A DNA stretch of 64,000 nt, from NCBI RefSeq assembly GCF_009914755.1, contig NC_060927.1. The stretch is one strand, 5' to 3'. The translations under genes were made by a program, and so were the position numbers. Origin of the DNA: the human T2T-CHM13v2.0 reference genome, Homo sapiens. This document shows, piece by piece, positions 28,741 through 43,959 of the stretch; the first letter of the stretch is position 1, and each line of letters opens with the position of its first letter. The notes below the pieces were generated by a model that was given only the letters and a program-made list of their open reading frames with translations, did no database searches and was not told where the DNA came from.

Positions 28741-28976
28741 CTTGGATAACCTTATAAAGCCACTTAATAGGGAATAATGGGGCTGGAAATTTAATGGGAA
28801 TAGATTTAAAGTGCTTGTGGGATAAGAAACATGATATTGCTCTCTTTTGTTCTCTTTCAGTTCAAAACAGGAAGTGCCTAGGTATGCAGAAATGCAAATC
28901 AAGCCAGCTATATTTTTGGTGTGTTTTGTGTGTGTTTAGATTTTCACACATCAGCAATACTGTAAGAACACTATGT

Positions 28977-29313
<337 letters not shown>

Positions 29314-29929
29314 CTAAAAAATGGCCATGATGTTTTAAAAGTACATATATACACACATATAGATTTAAAGATTACTTTCAACTTTCTAAGAAATTAGTAG
29401 ATCTTTAGAAAATCATTGTGCGTATGTGCATATGTGCATTGTTTGTGCTGGTCCCACCTTCAAGGAGAAAATATTTCAAGATCCTGATGCTTACTTAAGA
29501 GGTTGTATGTGTTTACCATGGAAAGGACCTTGGAAATCATCTCCTAATTCTGACTTCATTATTTATTTATTTTGATGAAGCAAATGGTGCCCAGATTGAA
29601 ACAGGAGTGTAAGCCACAGCCACCAAGTGCCAGTGCCCAGGCTAACACTTTTCTCCATTAACTCTGGAAACCTTATTTCCTTTTTGTACCACGTATTTAC
29701 AGTGTTTGGTAGTTATGAATTGAGTGAATTATCCCAAGGTTGGAGATATCTTGGTACTCACTTGTAAGTGGAGAAACACTAATAGGAAAATATTCTGGGA
29801 ATCTGGTAAGGAAGTATGAGTGAATTTATCATATTTAACCTTTGTTCAAATACATTAAGCCCTTTCTTCCCTTTGTCATTCTCAAACTGGATCGACATGA
29901 TAGGAGGAGAAATTTTATCAACTAAAAGG

Positions 29930-30427
29930 GGTTGTGTCAATAAGTGTTTATGATACCTCTAAACTTAGGCCTTAAAACAACACAATCTGTGATCTGACAG
30001 TTCTGTAGGTTAGATGTTCAACATGAGTCTCATCTGGCTAAAACCATCATGTTAGCAAAGCTGCATTTGTCTCTGAAGGTTCTTTCTAGGGGAGAATCCC
30101 CCTTGCTTTTTCTGACTTCTAAAAACTGACCACATTCCTTGACTTGTGGCCCTCTTTTTCCATCCTCAAAGCCTGTAACATAGCACCTCTGACCATTTTT
30201 TTCATAGTCATTCTGTGTCTGGCCCCAGCTGGGAAAAGTTCTCCAATTGGTAAGGACCTACTTGATTAGATATGACCCACCTGAATAACCTCACATACTC
30301 TTCCTATCTCAAAACTCTTAACTTAATCCTATCTGCAAAGTCCGTTTTGTCATATACAGTAGCATGTTCATAGGTTTCAAGCATTTGGACATGGTCCTCT
30401 TTGGGAGGCATTACGCTGCCTGTGACA
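29930..30427 (-). mobile_element. MaLR solo LTR (MLT1C/D-like)
   Basis: cttaaaacaacac...cagttctgtagg...ctaggggagaatcc...cacattccttgacttgtggccc...cttaatcctatctgcaaagtcc...ggaggcattacgctgcctgtgaca. Confidence 0.8.
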
Positions 30428-30735
30428 GTGCTCTTCTGATACATTTTCAGTGATCTTCTAGACATAACAATCCTGGTCCTGGGAACATGCATGGCGGGGA
30501 CCTAAATAAGTCTATTTTTTAAGAGGCCCTACCCTTTGCATAGATTCTAATCTTGGGGTAAAGGAAAGTTTGAGATTTCACTCCACCTTTTTTTTTGGTG
30601 CTGGTATTTCCACTGTGGGAAAGATCATTCGGATTTAACAACCACATGAAGCTCCTGGATTATCTGGGGCATGTTTGCTGATTCCCAAGGAAGCTTGATC
30701 TTTTTGATGGAGCACTTGAGCTGGTAAGTTATTAG

Positions 30736-31118
<383 letters not shown>

Positions 31119-31772
31119 TGTCTAATCTTTTATTTAATGCATCTAGGCTCCTCCTTTCTTCCTTCATGGTTTCCTTTTTCCTACTTCCCTATCTCGTTTT
31201 CTTTCCTTCTTTTCATTTACAGAGAAATGGTGTTAGAAATGAATGAGAGGAGTGAGCAAAGAAAGATGAGGGAAAAATAGATGTGTTAAGGAGTATACGC
31301 ATAAAGAAAAGAGGCCAGGAGGAAAAGCTGTTCACCCCGACTCCCATCCTAATCTTGCGTAGTCTTTCGTTTCCTGAGAATAGTTAGGTCAGAAGTTACA
31401 GTAGAAACTTTCATGGAATACACAAAAGGGAATTAAGTAAGGAAACTTGTGACCGATGCTATGGGAAAGGACATGTTTGTCAAAGCAATAGGTTCTTCCT
31501 GAGTTAGAGAACAATTATGGTTCCCCCATGGAAATGTTTATCTGACGCAATGAGAACCAGGTCAGACACAATTCAGAAATGAAATGAATAAAATTATTCT
31601 AAGATCTAGATGGGAGGAGACATAAGGGATTGTGTTTTGATAGTCTTAAGGGTGCACTTACATTTACATCCCCAAATTCCCTCTTCCATGAACCACTGTG
31701 CACTGTACATTGCCACATTAATGCTAACTGTGCCAATTAGATTAACTAATATTGGTCAAAAAAGAATATCCT

Positions 31773-32040
<268 letters not shown>

Positions 32041-32587
32041 CTAATGAAGAGAAAAATGACAGAAATTTCTAAGATAACTGTTTCATATTTCTTCATTAAA
32101 TTAAAATGAAAATACATCTTCTTAGAGTATTGGGGTATAAATTAAACTGAATAATACCAGTGAAAATGCTCTTTCAACTATAAAGTATTAGAGTTGAGAA
32201 AGTTCTTTTTGTTTGACTATTCATTCTGTCATCTCACCTTAGTGGTAATTTCTTCTGCTTGGACAATAGAGCAAAGTTGGGCCAGTACCACTTTGGCAAT
32301 GGGCATCAAAGTCGAAGAATCCCATGTGCAGGTCGAACTCAGTGAAAAAGGGCTGGAACTGGCTGCTCCTGCCCGCTTCCTGCCATAGTCAGGCCCACAT
32401 TTGAACTTTATTATTTCGGGGGTAATTACCTTGTGTAGTCGTAAATTTTAATCCAAGTCTCATATGTGACTGTGGATGGGTACAGTCTAAAGGGAACATT
32501 TCTTTATTTCTCTGCTGCAGAGTGACTACGTCTACAGTCAAAAGTTCTCAACCTATCTTAGGAATCTTACTTTACTTCACCAAAAAC

Positions 32588-32613
32588 GTGTGTGTGTGTG
32601 TGTGTGTGTGTGT
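32588..32613 (+). repeat. (GT)13 microsatellite
   Basis: Perfect dinucleotide run. Confidence 0.95.
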
Positions 32614-32779
32614 ACATTTATATACCATACATGTACACGCTAGTATGCTTTAGTTAAAATACAAAGCCTCTGTAGAAAACAGAAGAATTCTGCAATACCC
32701 CTGAAAAATAATTTATTTTCTACATGCTATCTCATAAATCTGTACTAAAATCAATTTTGAAAAATTAAGCCCCCCTTCT

Positions 32780-33600
32780 CTAACATGGTACTCTCTCTCT
32801 TTATTTGAATTGTTTCATGCACTTCAACAATTATTTCTAGTTTCATTTCTTTTCATGAGGACTTTATTCCAAGATAATTCAATTTTTGTTGCTACTGTGC
32901 AATCTTTTTGCTTGTTGTTGTTGATGTGTGGTTATTGCTAGTTTAAAGGAAACTCTTGACTTTGCTTGCTCATATCCAAACACTTTACCAAATTCAGTTG
33001 TTAACAAACTTATATTAACAACGTTTTCAGGTTCTTCAGTGATTATTAGGCTACTGAAGTGTTTTTGTGGTTGTTTTGTTTTGTTTTACTTCTATTGGAA
33101 TTCATGTGGCTGTTTATATTTTGCTAGAAAATTATGCATTTTGTCAAGATTGTCTACTGTTGTTACTATGATATAGGCGTATTTCTCACTTATACTTTTT
33201 AAAATATCTGTCTTGTCCATATTCATAGCTTCCTTTTGCTTTGACTGTTTTTCCTTTTTCCTCCTTAGTGGAACTTTCCTAAGAAGTGTGTATATGTGTG
33301 TGTGTGGAGTTTGTTTTCTAACTCATTACTTTTAACGTTTGCCTTATTATTTTATATATCCTTCTTTAAGTTTATTTAGTTATTCATTGTTGTAGTATCT
33401 TACTCTGAATGTTCATTTATATTTCTCTGTCTCTTCTGTTTACTAATAAAAAGCATTTAAATTGATGAAATGCCTCTCCTTGACTTTATCTGCATCCCAT
33501 TTGGATATCTTTTAAAATTTATCATAAAGGTGTTATAATTCAGTCATTCTTCCACATAAGAATTATTCAGAAACTTATTTCTAAATTATTTTTATCAAAA
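32780..33600 (-). mobile_element. Old L1M ORF2 fragments, antisense
   Basis: ttatattttgctagaaaattatgcattttgtcaagattgtc; aaagcatttaaattgatgaaatgcctctc...tctgcatccca. Confidence 0.5.
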
Positions 33601-33929
33601 AATGTTATTCTATTTTTTAATTTGAAAGAATTTAAGTCTTGAAATTTATTAGTGACATGTAAATTCCTGACTGAGCATTATGAAACTTGTTTAGTTCATT
33701 GCTGAATTTGGTATTTTGTCAGCTGGGAACACTAAATACCCCCACTTAACTTGCTATTTGTGAAGCTCAGAGTAGCATTGGGGTTCCTGTACACTTTGGC
33801 AATTGCCCCATGGCTAATTTGGCCAACTTCCAATTCCTCAGGGAGCAACAAAGAGTTGTCTCATTGCCACCTGCTATTAACTAAATGCTTAGGATTCAGT
33901 GTCCTAGGGGTGACTGGGAGACATGGGAA

Positions 33930-34085
33930 TGGATTATTGTAACAGCCTGTGGAACCTCCTTCCCTGGGGAATTTTGAGAACAGCAAAGAACCATCTGTCT
34001 GGGCTGGTTTTAGGAGCAGCCCTGCCTGAAGGCAGGTGCACGGATTAGATGACCTGTGAAGATTGTCATCCATCCCAATGACTTC
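33930..34085 (+). mobile_element. CR1/L3 3' end
   Basis: catctgtctgggctggttttagg...cctgcctgaaggcagg...ggattagatgacctgtgaagat...tccatccc. Confidence 0.65.
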
Positions 34086-34643
34086 AATGGAAAGGATGCA
34101 TTTGCTGAATTTGAAAAGAGTCCAGGAGGAACACTGATAGGTTTGGGGAGCATATGGTCAAGAGCCTGAGGGTATTGAGCCCTTCTTGAAATTGGAGACA
34201 CTCGGTGTCACCCCATGCCCTGAATTCCAGAATGCCATAATCTACACGTGAACCCAGCAGTCATTCACCCTTGAAAATTATGTGCAGATGTGGTTCACAT
34301 TGGAGTATTCACGTCGTTGTTGATCATAAGCAGAATTCCTTTTTAACACATAGCTCAACTGATCTATACCCAGAACATACTGTTGACCCTGATTCTTCTG
34401 GTTAAGCCGGATCTGCCTGTATAATACATCATTTACTGACCCACTGACATTGAGTTTTCTTAGCTTGTTTCTCAGTGGTTGTTCTGTGTTTGTTTCAGGC
34501 AATTAAATATGTTGATGCATGTTTCAGAAGAGCTCTCCTAATTATATCAACAATAGCTTTATTATAGTTAGAAAAGACAAAATGCTAAATGAATTAGCCG
34601 GGTTAAGTCACATTTATTGTGATTTAATTCTTACTGTATGTAG

Positions 34644-34978
<335 letters not shown>

Positions 34979-35489
34979 TGTAATAACATATTTTAAAGTT
35001 ACAGAGAAAGGGCAATGTCCCCAAAATATTTTCATGATGATATGTCAGACATATGGAGTTTCAAACTAACACTGTGGTAATTGTTGTGTGTCTAAACAAG
35101 TGACAACGGGGCTGGGCAGCAAAACTAGACATGGGAGAAGCCAACTGATCCATTGAGCTGTCCCAGCAAGAGTTAGTGGGATTATGATTTATGAAAGACC
35201 TGTGTGGACAAGGTAGTTTGGAGGAACTGAATGGAGGGAGTGAATTAATTAGAAGAATGAGACAGGACTAGCCACAAACTTCTCCTAGAAGTTTAAACTA
35301 TTTTAAAAATAAGAGTTGTGGCTCATCAAAAAAGTAGTGTTTTCAAAAAACACAGCCCCTTCACTTAAATGATACGCACAGTCCAGATAGACTGCAAAAC
35401 TTAATGTTTAGAAGCTAACAACTTTTTAAAAACTTTATTGATCTGATCTGTACTGAGAACAGATTTTCTCTGTGCTTTATAATAAAACA

Positions 35490-36470
35490 TAAAGATCAAT
35501 CACAAAATAATTTATCAATAAATTTTAAAACAAAAATTTTAAAGTGTATGTAAATATCATATAAAATTAAGAAAAAATATGTAAGAATAATATTTGCAAT
35601 GACTATGATAAGCAAAGGGTTAACAACTGTATGAAAATTTTCATGCAAATACAAATATCCCAACAGAGAAAGACAAGGAATGTAAATAATTCTTAAGTAG
35701 ATAAATACAAATGGATATTTAACTTAAAAAAAATTTTATTCACATTAGTATGAAAAGAAAATTTAAATAATTGAAATCTAGTTTTTCACTTATGAAATTA
35801 GCAAAGATTTAGGAAAAGAAACTACTGTCATTTGCTGCTGGTAAGACCGTAAATTGGCCCAAAACTTTTAGAAAGTTATTTTACAATATTCCTCAAGAAC
35901 TTTAAATGTCTCATATCTGTCAATCCAGACAGATAGATGGATGGATGGATGGATGGATAAATATCAGATGGATGGATGGATGGATGGATGGATTTATCAG
36001 TAATAGATACATAGATGGATAGATAGATAGATACATAGACATCTATAGAGATATATGTTTCTATATAAATATATATCTATATTATCCTAAAGAAATATAT
36101 ATTTGAACAAAATCTATTTATGAAAATGTTCACTAATGCAAAACTTATAATGGCAAATAGAAAGGGAATCTGCTGAACAAAATATTATCAATCCCAAATA
36201 ATGAGATATTGCCAAAACACTATATTTAAAGAACTTAAGTGATTTGGGAAAATATTATCTTGTGAGGGCAAATACATTAAATTTGTATATTCAGTATTGC
36301 CAAATTTATATAAAAAAATGGGTAGAATTTCTTTTTAAAAAACACCTTAAAATATAAACGGAGTACTTCCCAATAATCAGATTACATGTGATTTTATTTT
36401 CCCCCCTAATTTTCCTTAATTTTCAAGTTCCGTACAATGAACATGTGTTATTTTCATAAGTATAAAAGAC
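35490..36470 (+). mobile_element. Old L1ME-like ORF2 3' part and UTR, interrupted by tetranucleotide repeats
   Basis: aatatttgcaatg...aaagggttaa...aaattagcaaagattt...ttgctgctgg...gtaaattgg...tatcctaaagaaata...aatgttcact. Confidence 0.6.
35928..36050 (+). repeat. Compound (GATG)n/(GATA)n microsatellite
   Basis: Two GATG runs, each followed by ..tatcag, then GATA/CATA units. Confidence 0.92.
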
Positions 36471-39400
36471 TTTTTTATAAAAAGAAATATATAGAACTAA
36501 TTAGCCAAATAGGAAAGTTTCTAAGAACAAGGGAAGAAATTTGTGAATGGAGTGGTGAAGAGATCCTTGGACTGAGAGCTGGGCAATGTGGATACTAACA
36601 CTGGCTCTGTCACAAAGAAACAAGGAGACTTATTGAGGTTCTCTCTTCTGGCTCAAAGATTTTATGAGCCAGTAATTTATCAAAGAGCCCATCCTAGTGT
36701 ACCCATGGGCCTGTCAACCCTGGTAGACAGGTTAGTAGCCCAGATGAAATTTCCCGTGGATGAATTTTAGAACTCCGCTCCATTGATCACCCTTTTTTGT
36801 TGTTGTTGTTCTTTTACTCTTCTGGAAGAGAGCTAAGAAACTTCTGATACCATCCCCCTTTCCCACTCGCCCTCAGTTGTGAGATGGAGGCAGCAAATAT
36901 TCAGTGTGTTCTTTTTGGTCTTAAGTAGTTCTAGACTCAGATACCACCTCAGCACCAGGCTGAGTTTGGGCTGGCTTTGGCTACGGTTTGCTGCTGAATG
37001 TATCAGTGATGGACTTTTGAATGTTTAATAGCCTTAGGGAATGTGGCAGTGTCCCCTACATAGAGAACTGTAGATTCTTTAGTCCACCATTTCCAACCCT
37101 GTGATTTAGATTGTCATTATAAGCATCACAGGATGCCCTGAGTTGAGAAAAATCTGTGCTGTTTAAATGGTCTTTAAGCAGCCTTTCCTTTCTCCTCTTT
37201 CTCAGCTCTATTCTGCTTAGGATATGGCTTATGCCACTTAATCAACATGCTATCATATGCTTTCTGCATTCCAGACATATATTGAAATATCTTGGTTGTT
37301 ATAGCCATCTTCTCCCACATACATCCCCTTTCTCTCTTCCCCTCTACATTTTTTTCTGTTACTTGTTATTTTTGGTACTGATGTGCTTTTATTTGAGTAG
37401 GATATTGGAATGCAATTGTCTTCTTAGTCCACCATCCCCTGACCTGTCATTATTGAAAAACAAAATTCTGTAGCAAATGAGTCCCCGAAAGTGTTTTTTT
37501 TCAAATGATGATGATCGGTCACGTTGTGAATCTGTAGACTCCTTTGCGAAAACAACAATAAACACAGTATTATTTATGGTGGATATGCTAGGTACATCCA
37601 AAGCTCTTCATATGTGTTGCCTTGTATAATTTCCTCAGCAACTCTAATTTAATAGAAACTATTGTCCATGTATAGATGAGGTAGTTTATACCCAGATAGG
37701 TTATACAAACCTGTAAGTAACAGAGCCAAATTTTAAAGGCAGACAATGTAACTGCAGAAACCTTGTTCCTAATTGTTTAATGGAATATGGTTTAGAATTC
37801 TGTGTGGAGAATCTTACTCTACCCTAGTGGTAAACTTAAAGCTCTTTAATTTACTGTGGTTATATTATATATGTGCAATGGATCCCTATTTTCAAACATA
37901 GTCGTTTGATAAAGTGTGGGCTGCTTTTCATCACGAATGTAAAAAGTCTCTTAGTTGCTACACCCAGCAACTAAGTGTCCTTTAATTCTTAACTTTGAAT
38001 ACTTAATTGGATCCCTGGTGCTATGTGTATTTGATTTTTGTTGTGAAAGTTGCATTCACTGTGTCCCTTTATTTGACATCAGCAAGATGTAATTTCTATA
38101 AACCAATTAATGATGCACCTTTCAACTCTTACTATGAGAATATTAGCTGGTGTAAATATCGGACTCCTTGTGAAGGATGACTCGCTATCTGATTGGTCTT
38201 TAAAAAAATACTTTAGGAAATAATGGCTTGCCCCTGCATATACCAATTTGAAGTCTTTCTAATATCAGCCATTAGCTGGGATCCACATGGAGTACATAGA
38301 CAAATGACCATAGTTTCTACTGTAAAAATGCCTCAAGATCTTGTAGGTGAGATTAGGCAATTAGATAAATGCCTATAGCACAAAATGAATTAACATGATT
38401 GCTTGAAAAGAATTAATTTCTGTAATAATTTGAAGAAGGAAGAAGTTATGTATGCTTTGGGGGGTATACAGAAAGGCTTTATAAACAACCCTATGAAAAA
38501 ATGGACCACAGTTTTAAACGGGCAATCCACAGAAGGGAAACACTGCAATATTCATTGGAAAAAGAAAAGGAAGGAAGGGAGTGACCAAGAGAAGAAACAA
38601 GAAGGAAAGGACTGAAATCTTGTTTGCCTTTTTGGAGAAGATAGCATTTGAAATGGGCCTTGGATAATAAGGTGTGATTGTCGTTGGTGGAAATGAATTG
38701 CATCCAGAATGCAGAAATAACTCAAGCAAAGGCATAGAGATTGGAAAACATGGGGCAGGTAGAAAACAAGTCCAGAGTCTTTGCTGCTTCTTAGAAGATG
38801 TATAAGGGTTTTATTTTATAGTTTTATAATGAAGGGCTTTTAATTTCAAGTGATGGGTCAGTGTATAATTCCTTAGGAGATAAAATTCCAGGGAAAAGGA
38901 GGAGGGGTTATAAGATAAATCTAGAAATCTAACTCATAAAAATTAGTTCCCTTCCAGGGAGTTAGTTACTCCAAAAATATCCTTGATAAGCTAACTCTGC
39001 ATGGATATAACTGTGTTATCTGTGAGCTGGCTACAGACAAGAATTTACAATTGTCTGTAGTTGCAGTCTTTGAGCTGCAGTCATTCAATCTCTGTCTACT
39101 GCTAAAAGCCAGAGTTTGGAAAGAGCCCTTATGCATGCTTGATAATGACACAATTTGACTGAGAATACTGCCATTTTATAATAATCTCTGAAAGTTACTT
39201 CCTTGGTCTACTGAATCTCATATTTTGTGAAGTTAAATGACCAATGACTGTCATTCATTGGCCATGATTGTCTTGAGTTTGTTGATACTAAGGTGTTATT
39301 TATAATGTGCCTTTTGTTTCTCAAGAATATGTTCGCAGAAATCACCAGTAGTGTTATCCATGTGTATGGAAGGCCAGACTGTATCCCCTTATGTACTAAC

Positions 39401-40577
39401 AGACTGTATGGCAAGAAGGGAGCCAGGTTGTCAATGTGAGAGCTAATGTTGATATCAACACAGGCATCAGAAAGTCAATTACTCTGTTTCCCTAGTTTAC
39501 TAAATGGTGCTTTTGCAATAGGGACCATGTTGCCCAATGGGCTGTGAACTTTAATTTGTTCATAACAGTGCCAATGAGTAAATGGATCTACCTGTGGACT
39601 TTAGAGTGTACTTCTAACATTTTAGGACTGCAAGAAAGTAGTGTGTTTTATCCTCTGATACATTCATATTCTCTATTGGAGCATACCTATCCAAGCCCAA
39701 TATCCTACATCAGTTTTAATAAAGAGAAATTACATTTAATTGTGTCTCTATCCTTTCATATTAATCCATTATGAATATTTTATTCCACAATGTTAGAAAA
39801 ATTACATTAACTTATTAGTGAAGAACATTCTTTTATAAGAAGTGCTTTATACTTCAGAACCTCATAACTTACTTTAAATATTTCAGGCACAATAACTGGT
39901 AAGAGATGAAAAATAAGCCTGAACTCATAGGGTAAGGACCATTTAGAAGTCTTTTGTCTTCAGCTTGTGATTGTTCAGTTAAACTTATTTGATGTGTGCT
40001 CAGCAGGTTGTAAAATTCCTATCTTTCTGGAGTGATCCATAAGAGATTACTTCATAGTGAAACACTTAAGTTTGATTCTTATGAGTTGCAAAATGATTTT
40101 CCACCAGGAAAAATAAAGAATATGGGTTCCATCAAAAGTCAGGCATGAATTCTCATCTCCTGATAAAATGTGAAATATCTTTGCTGATCCTGTGCCTATT
40201 CTCAGTTTCCATGACCATGCACAATTATTATTTTTAGCAAATAAGCAAATTTGAGGCAAAAACATTAATTTGATAAGATATCTGCAAATGCCTTTCTGGA
40301 GGAGAAAATAAATTTAAAAAGCATCAGTGTGTTTCACTGATATGCACAATCCCCCACTTCTTATAAGAAATTAAAACACTAGTTTTTAATATCTTCAGAG
40401 AGAAAATGAGTAAAGGAAGCACAGTATTTTCCGAAACGTGTTATTTAAACTAAAACCATGAAATTTATGAAAAAAAAAAAAAGTAGACCCTTCCTTGATA
40501 CACTTGGTCCCACCGAGGTTCAAAGTTTCCTTTGAATTGGGGGGGGAAGGGAGATTCTGTAATTTAAGTTTTAAACT

Positions 40578-40925
40578 TCTGTCTTTGTATCTATCCTTGT
40601 GCTGGTACTCCGCTATCTTGGTTGCTATGGTTTTAGAGCAAATCTTCATATCAGGTGGTCTAAGTTCTCCAACTTTGTTCCTCTTTTCCAAAATTAGTTG
40701 AACTATTGTGCATCCTTTATATTTCCATATACATTTTAGATGTGGCTTGTCAATTTATACCAATAAAGGATTCTGTTGTACATGTAAACCAAATTAGGGA
40801 GAACTGACACTTTAACAATATTGTCTTTCAATGCATGAACATGGTATATCTCTCCCTTTACTTCATTTTTTTTTTTTTGGTTCTCTCAGCAGTGTTTTTA
40901 ATTATTATTGTAAAGGCCTTGCACA
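40578..40925 (-). mobile_element. L1 ORF2 segment, inverted relative to the adjacent L1 body
   Basis: Minus-strand translation EKRNKVGELRPPDMKICSKTIATKIAEYQHKDR is homologous to L1 ORF2 [28 protein letters not shown]; a DIPCS motif is also present. Confidence 0.85.
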
Positions 40926-40957
40926 TATTATGGAACAAACACATATTATGGAACAAA

Positions 40958-42146
40958 TAAATGTAAAAGCTAAATCTATAAAACTTTTCCAAGAAAAGAA
41001 AAGAATTCTTACAACCTTAGATAGGCAAATATTTCTTAAGGAGTATACAAAAAACCCCACAAACCATAAAGTTAAAAATGATAAATTTGATTTTATAAAA
41101 ACTCTAAAACTTGTTTTTTAAAAGACACCATAACAAATGAAATAGCAAGTCCCATACAGGGAGAAAATATGTGTACAGTATGTGTATATGACAAAGATTT
41201 TATGCCAGAATATAGAAATAATTATTAAAACTCAAGAAGAAGACAAAGAATGCAATTTAAAAACAGGCAACAGATTTGAAAATAGGCAATAGATTTGAAC
41301 AGGTACTTCTCTAAGAAAATACACAAATAACCAATAAGCAAATGAAAAATGCTCAATATATGTAGTCATTAAAGAAACAAAATAAAACTCTGTAAGGTAC
41401 CTCCATACATTGATGAGAGTGGCTAAGACTAACAATACCAAGCATTAGCTAAAAGACAGAGCAATTGAAATTCTCATACACTGCAGTTGAGGATGTAACA
41501 TGGTACTGCCACTTTGGAAAACAGTTTGGTAGTGTCTTAAAAATAAAACGTGTTCAACATATGACCCAGCAATTCTCCTCCTTGACATTGACCCAAGTGA
41601 AATGAAACCTTTTTTTTACACAAAGGCTTGTACACAAATGTTCATAGCAACTATATTTATAATGGCCAAAAACTGGAAACAACCCAAATGTTCATTAACA
41701 GGTGAAAGGACAAATTATGCTATATTTATACAATGAAAGATGACTCATCGGTAATAAATAAATGATCTGCTAATATGCACAAATACATGAAAAAAATCTT
41801 AAAAATATGATGCTGAATAAAAGGAACCAGAGCTACCTCCACCCCTAAAAAAGACTGCCTACCTTAGAATTATATATTTACAAAATCCTGGAAAAGACAA
41901 AACTAATCTATACTGACACAAAGCAATCAGTGGTTTGCTGAGGCTGGGAGTGGGGAAAGGATTGATTATAATGGGGACTGACAAATAGGGAACTTTTTGG
42001 GGTGATGGAAATGTTCCAGATCCTGGTAATGGAGGCAGTTACAAAGTCTTATAAATGTATTGAAATTCATCAAAGTGTACAGTTAAAATGGTTTTATTTA
42101 TTGCATTTAGATTATACCTCAACAAAGGTGGTTTTAATAAATAAAC
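40958..42146 (+). mobile_element. Old L1 (L1ME/MD-like) ORF2 C-terminus and 3' UTR with A-rich end
   Basis: NVKAKSIKLFQE...; catatgacccagcaattctcctcc; aaaactggaaacaacccaaatgttc; ggtgatggaaatgttc...attatacctcaacaaag...aataaataaa. Confidence 0.88.
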
Positions 42147-43769
42147 AAGAAAAAGTGTTTTTCACCAATTGGTTTGAAATTCGGCCAAGGCATATTTGAG
42201 CGAGGGCTGTCAGCCTTGTATTTGTTGCAAGTCACAGTGAGTATGTCCTAATGGATCCTCTACAAGGTCCAGGTTAGGTTTCTTTAAAGGATGGCAAGAA
42301 CCTGAAACAGTGTGAGTGCAGAGAACAGTGAAACAGTGTGTGTACATAGTGCTTTGATTTTTGTGCATTTTTTGGTCCTAATATTTTAAAGTTTGCTGAA
42401 CCATACCTCATAGAACATTTACCTGCTTTTTCTGAGGGAAATATCTTTATAGAACTTTTCCAAAGCATTCTGCATAGATTTTATTTTAAGAAATTAAAAC
42501 ATTTTATTTGTATTAATTTACATAATAATTGGTTAACTCACATAATTACAATGACAAGATCATACAGTAGGAGCAGACTTGGGATCAAATGCAGCTGACT
42601 CTAATAGCAGGTGTAGCAGGAGGCACACAGCTGAGGGGACATTTGAGACGAAATTGAGGCCAGGTTCCACTTCACATTGTACTAGGGTTAAGCGTGTCCA
42701 CCCAGAGGAAGAGAATCCTTAGGCCTAAAAGAGCAAAAGTGTACAGACATACTCAAGAGTAAGAGAGTAGCCAGGAACACCAGCCAAGCCATAAACTCCA
42801 GTCTGTGTGTGTTAACAGATAAAATTAAGAGGGTAATCTAGGGAGTCTATTGCTAAATGAAGGGCACATTAAGTCTCAACAGTATTCCTATGATCAATCA
42901 AGCAACCAATGAAGTGTACAAGCAGAAGTGATTTGTCATGGAATTTCAGAGCCAGAAAGATCCTTAAAAAGGCAGTGTACTCCAACTTCCTCTGAAGCTT
43001 GTGTCCTACCTACAGAATTCCCAACCACTCTGCTTGAATGTCTCCAAAGCGGAAAAAATTTAGAAGAGAAGACAAGGAAAATTAATCACAAGATAGGCAA
43101 TGAATAGGCAAGTGGTAAGAGGCCAGTTTTCCCATCCTCATTTACTCTAAATTTGATTCATAGATTATTGAGCCTCAGATATCTGTTTGCCATCTGGTCT
43201 GGTCAGTCTGGTTTGGCATGCGTCTTCTTTCTCTTTAGAGTTTGATGACGTTTTAGGCTGTGAGGGGCATTTGCATTGTAGTAGAAATTGGATGATGTCA
43301 GACTTGCTTTATCACACTTTCTCAATAATCTCTTTTGGTGAGTTTGATATTCTACTTACAGCTGCTAAAGCTCCTTATAACCATACGCACAAACATACAC
43401 TTCCATATAGTCATACATACTCACAAACATATATACACAGCCATTTACTTACACACGTGTACACAAAGGTGTATATCCACACACTTACATGCACAATGAG
43501 AGATGCATAGTAAGAATTTTTCCACTACCCCTAGTTTAACTGGAAGCTGTAGAAAATCTGAACTTTATTATATTGATCTCTGGGATCATCCACAAAATTG
43601 CCCAAAATGGGAATGCGGAAGCTGTTTCTTACCTTTCATTTTCTCCACATCCAATGTGTCCTCTTCAACTGTGTATTTTGAAACAACCTTTGAATCTGTC
43701 CCCTTCCCGCAACTGCACTGCCAACTGCTGATATCATTTTTTGCAAACAAGTGTAATGAAAAGAGCATA

Positions 43770-43910
43770 TTCTTTAACATCAAGCAAACTAAGGTGCAAA
43801 TTTTAGCTCTGCATGTATTCATTGTGCTATCTTGGACAAGTTATTTAACTATCCTGAGCCTCCTTGTCTTAATGTGCAGATAGAAGAAGATAATGCCTAC
43901 CTGATAGGTG
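43770..43910 (+). mobile_element. MIR SINE
   Basis: tcttggacaagttatttaactatcctgagcctc...gataatgcctacctgatagg. Confidence 0.65.
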
Positions 43911-43959
43911 GCATAGGAAAAGGTCAAAAACATTATTTTCTACTCCCATTGCTCCCCTT

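Noticed and set aside
40395-41121. ORFs with reverse-transcriptase-like peptides
   Set aside because: Decayed L1 ORF2 fragments with stops and frameshifts; annotated as mobile element.
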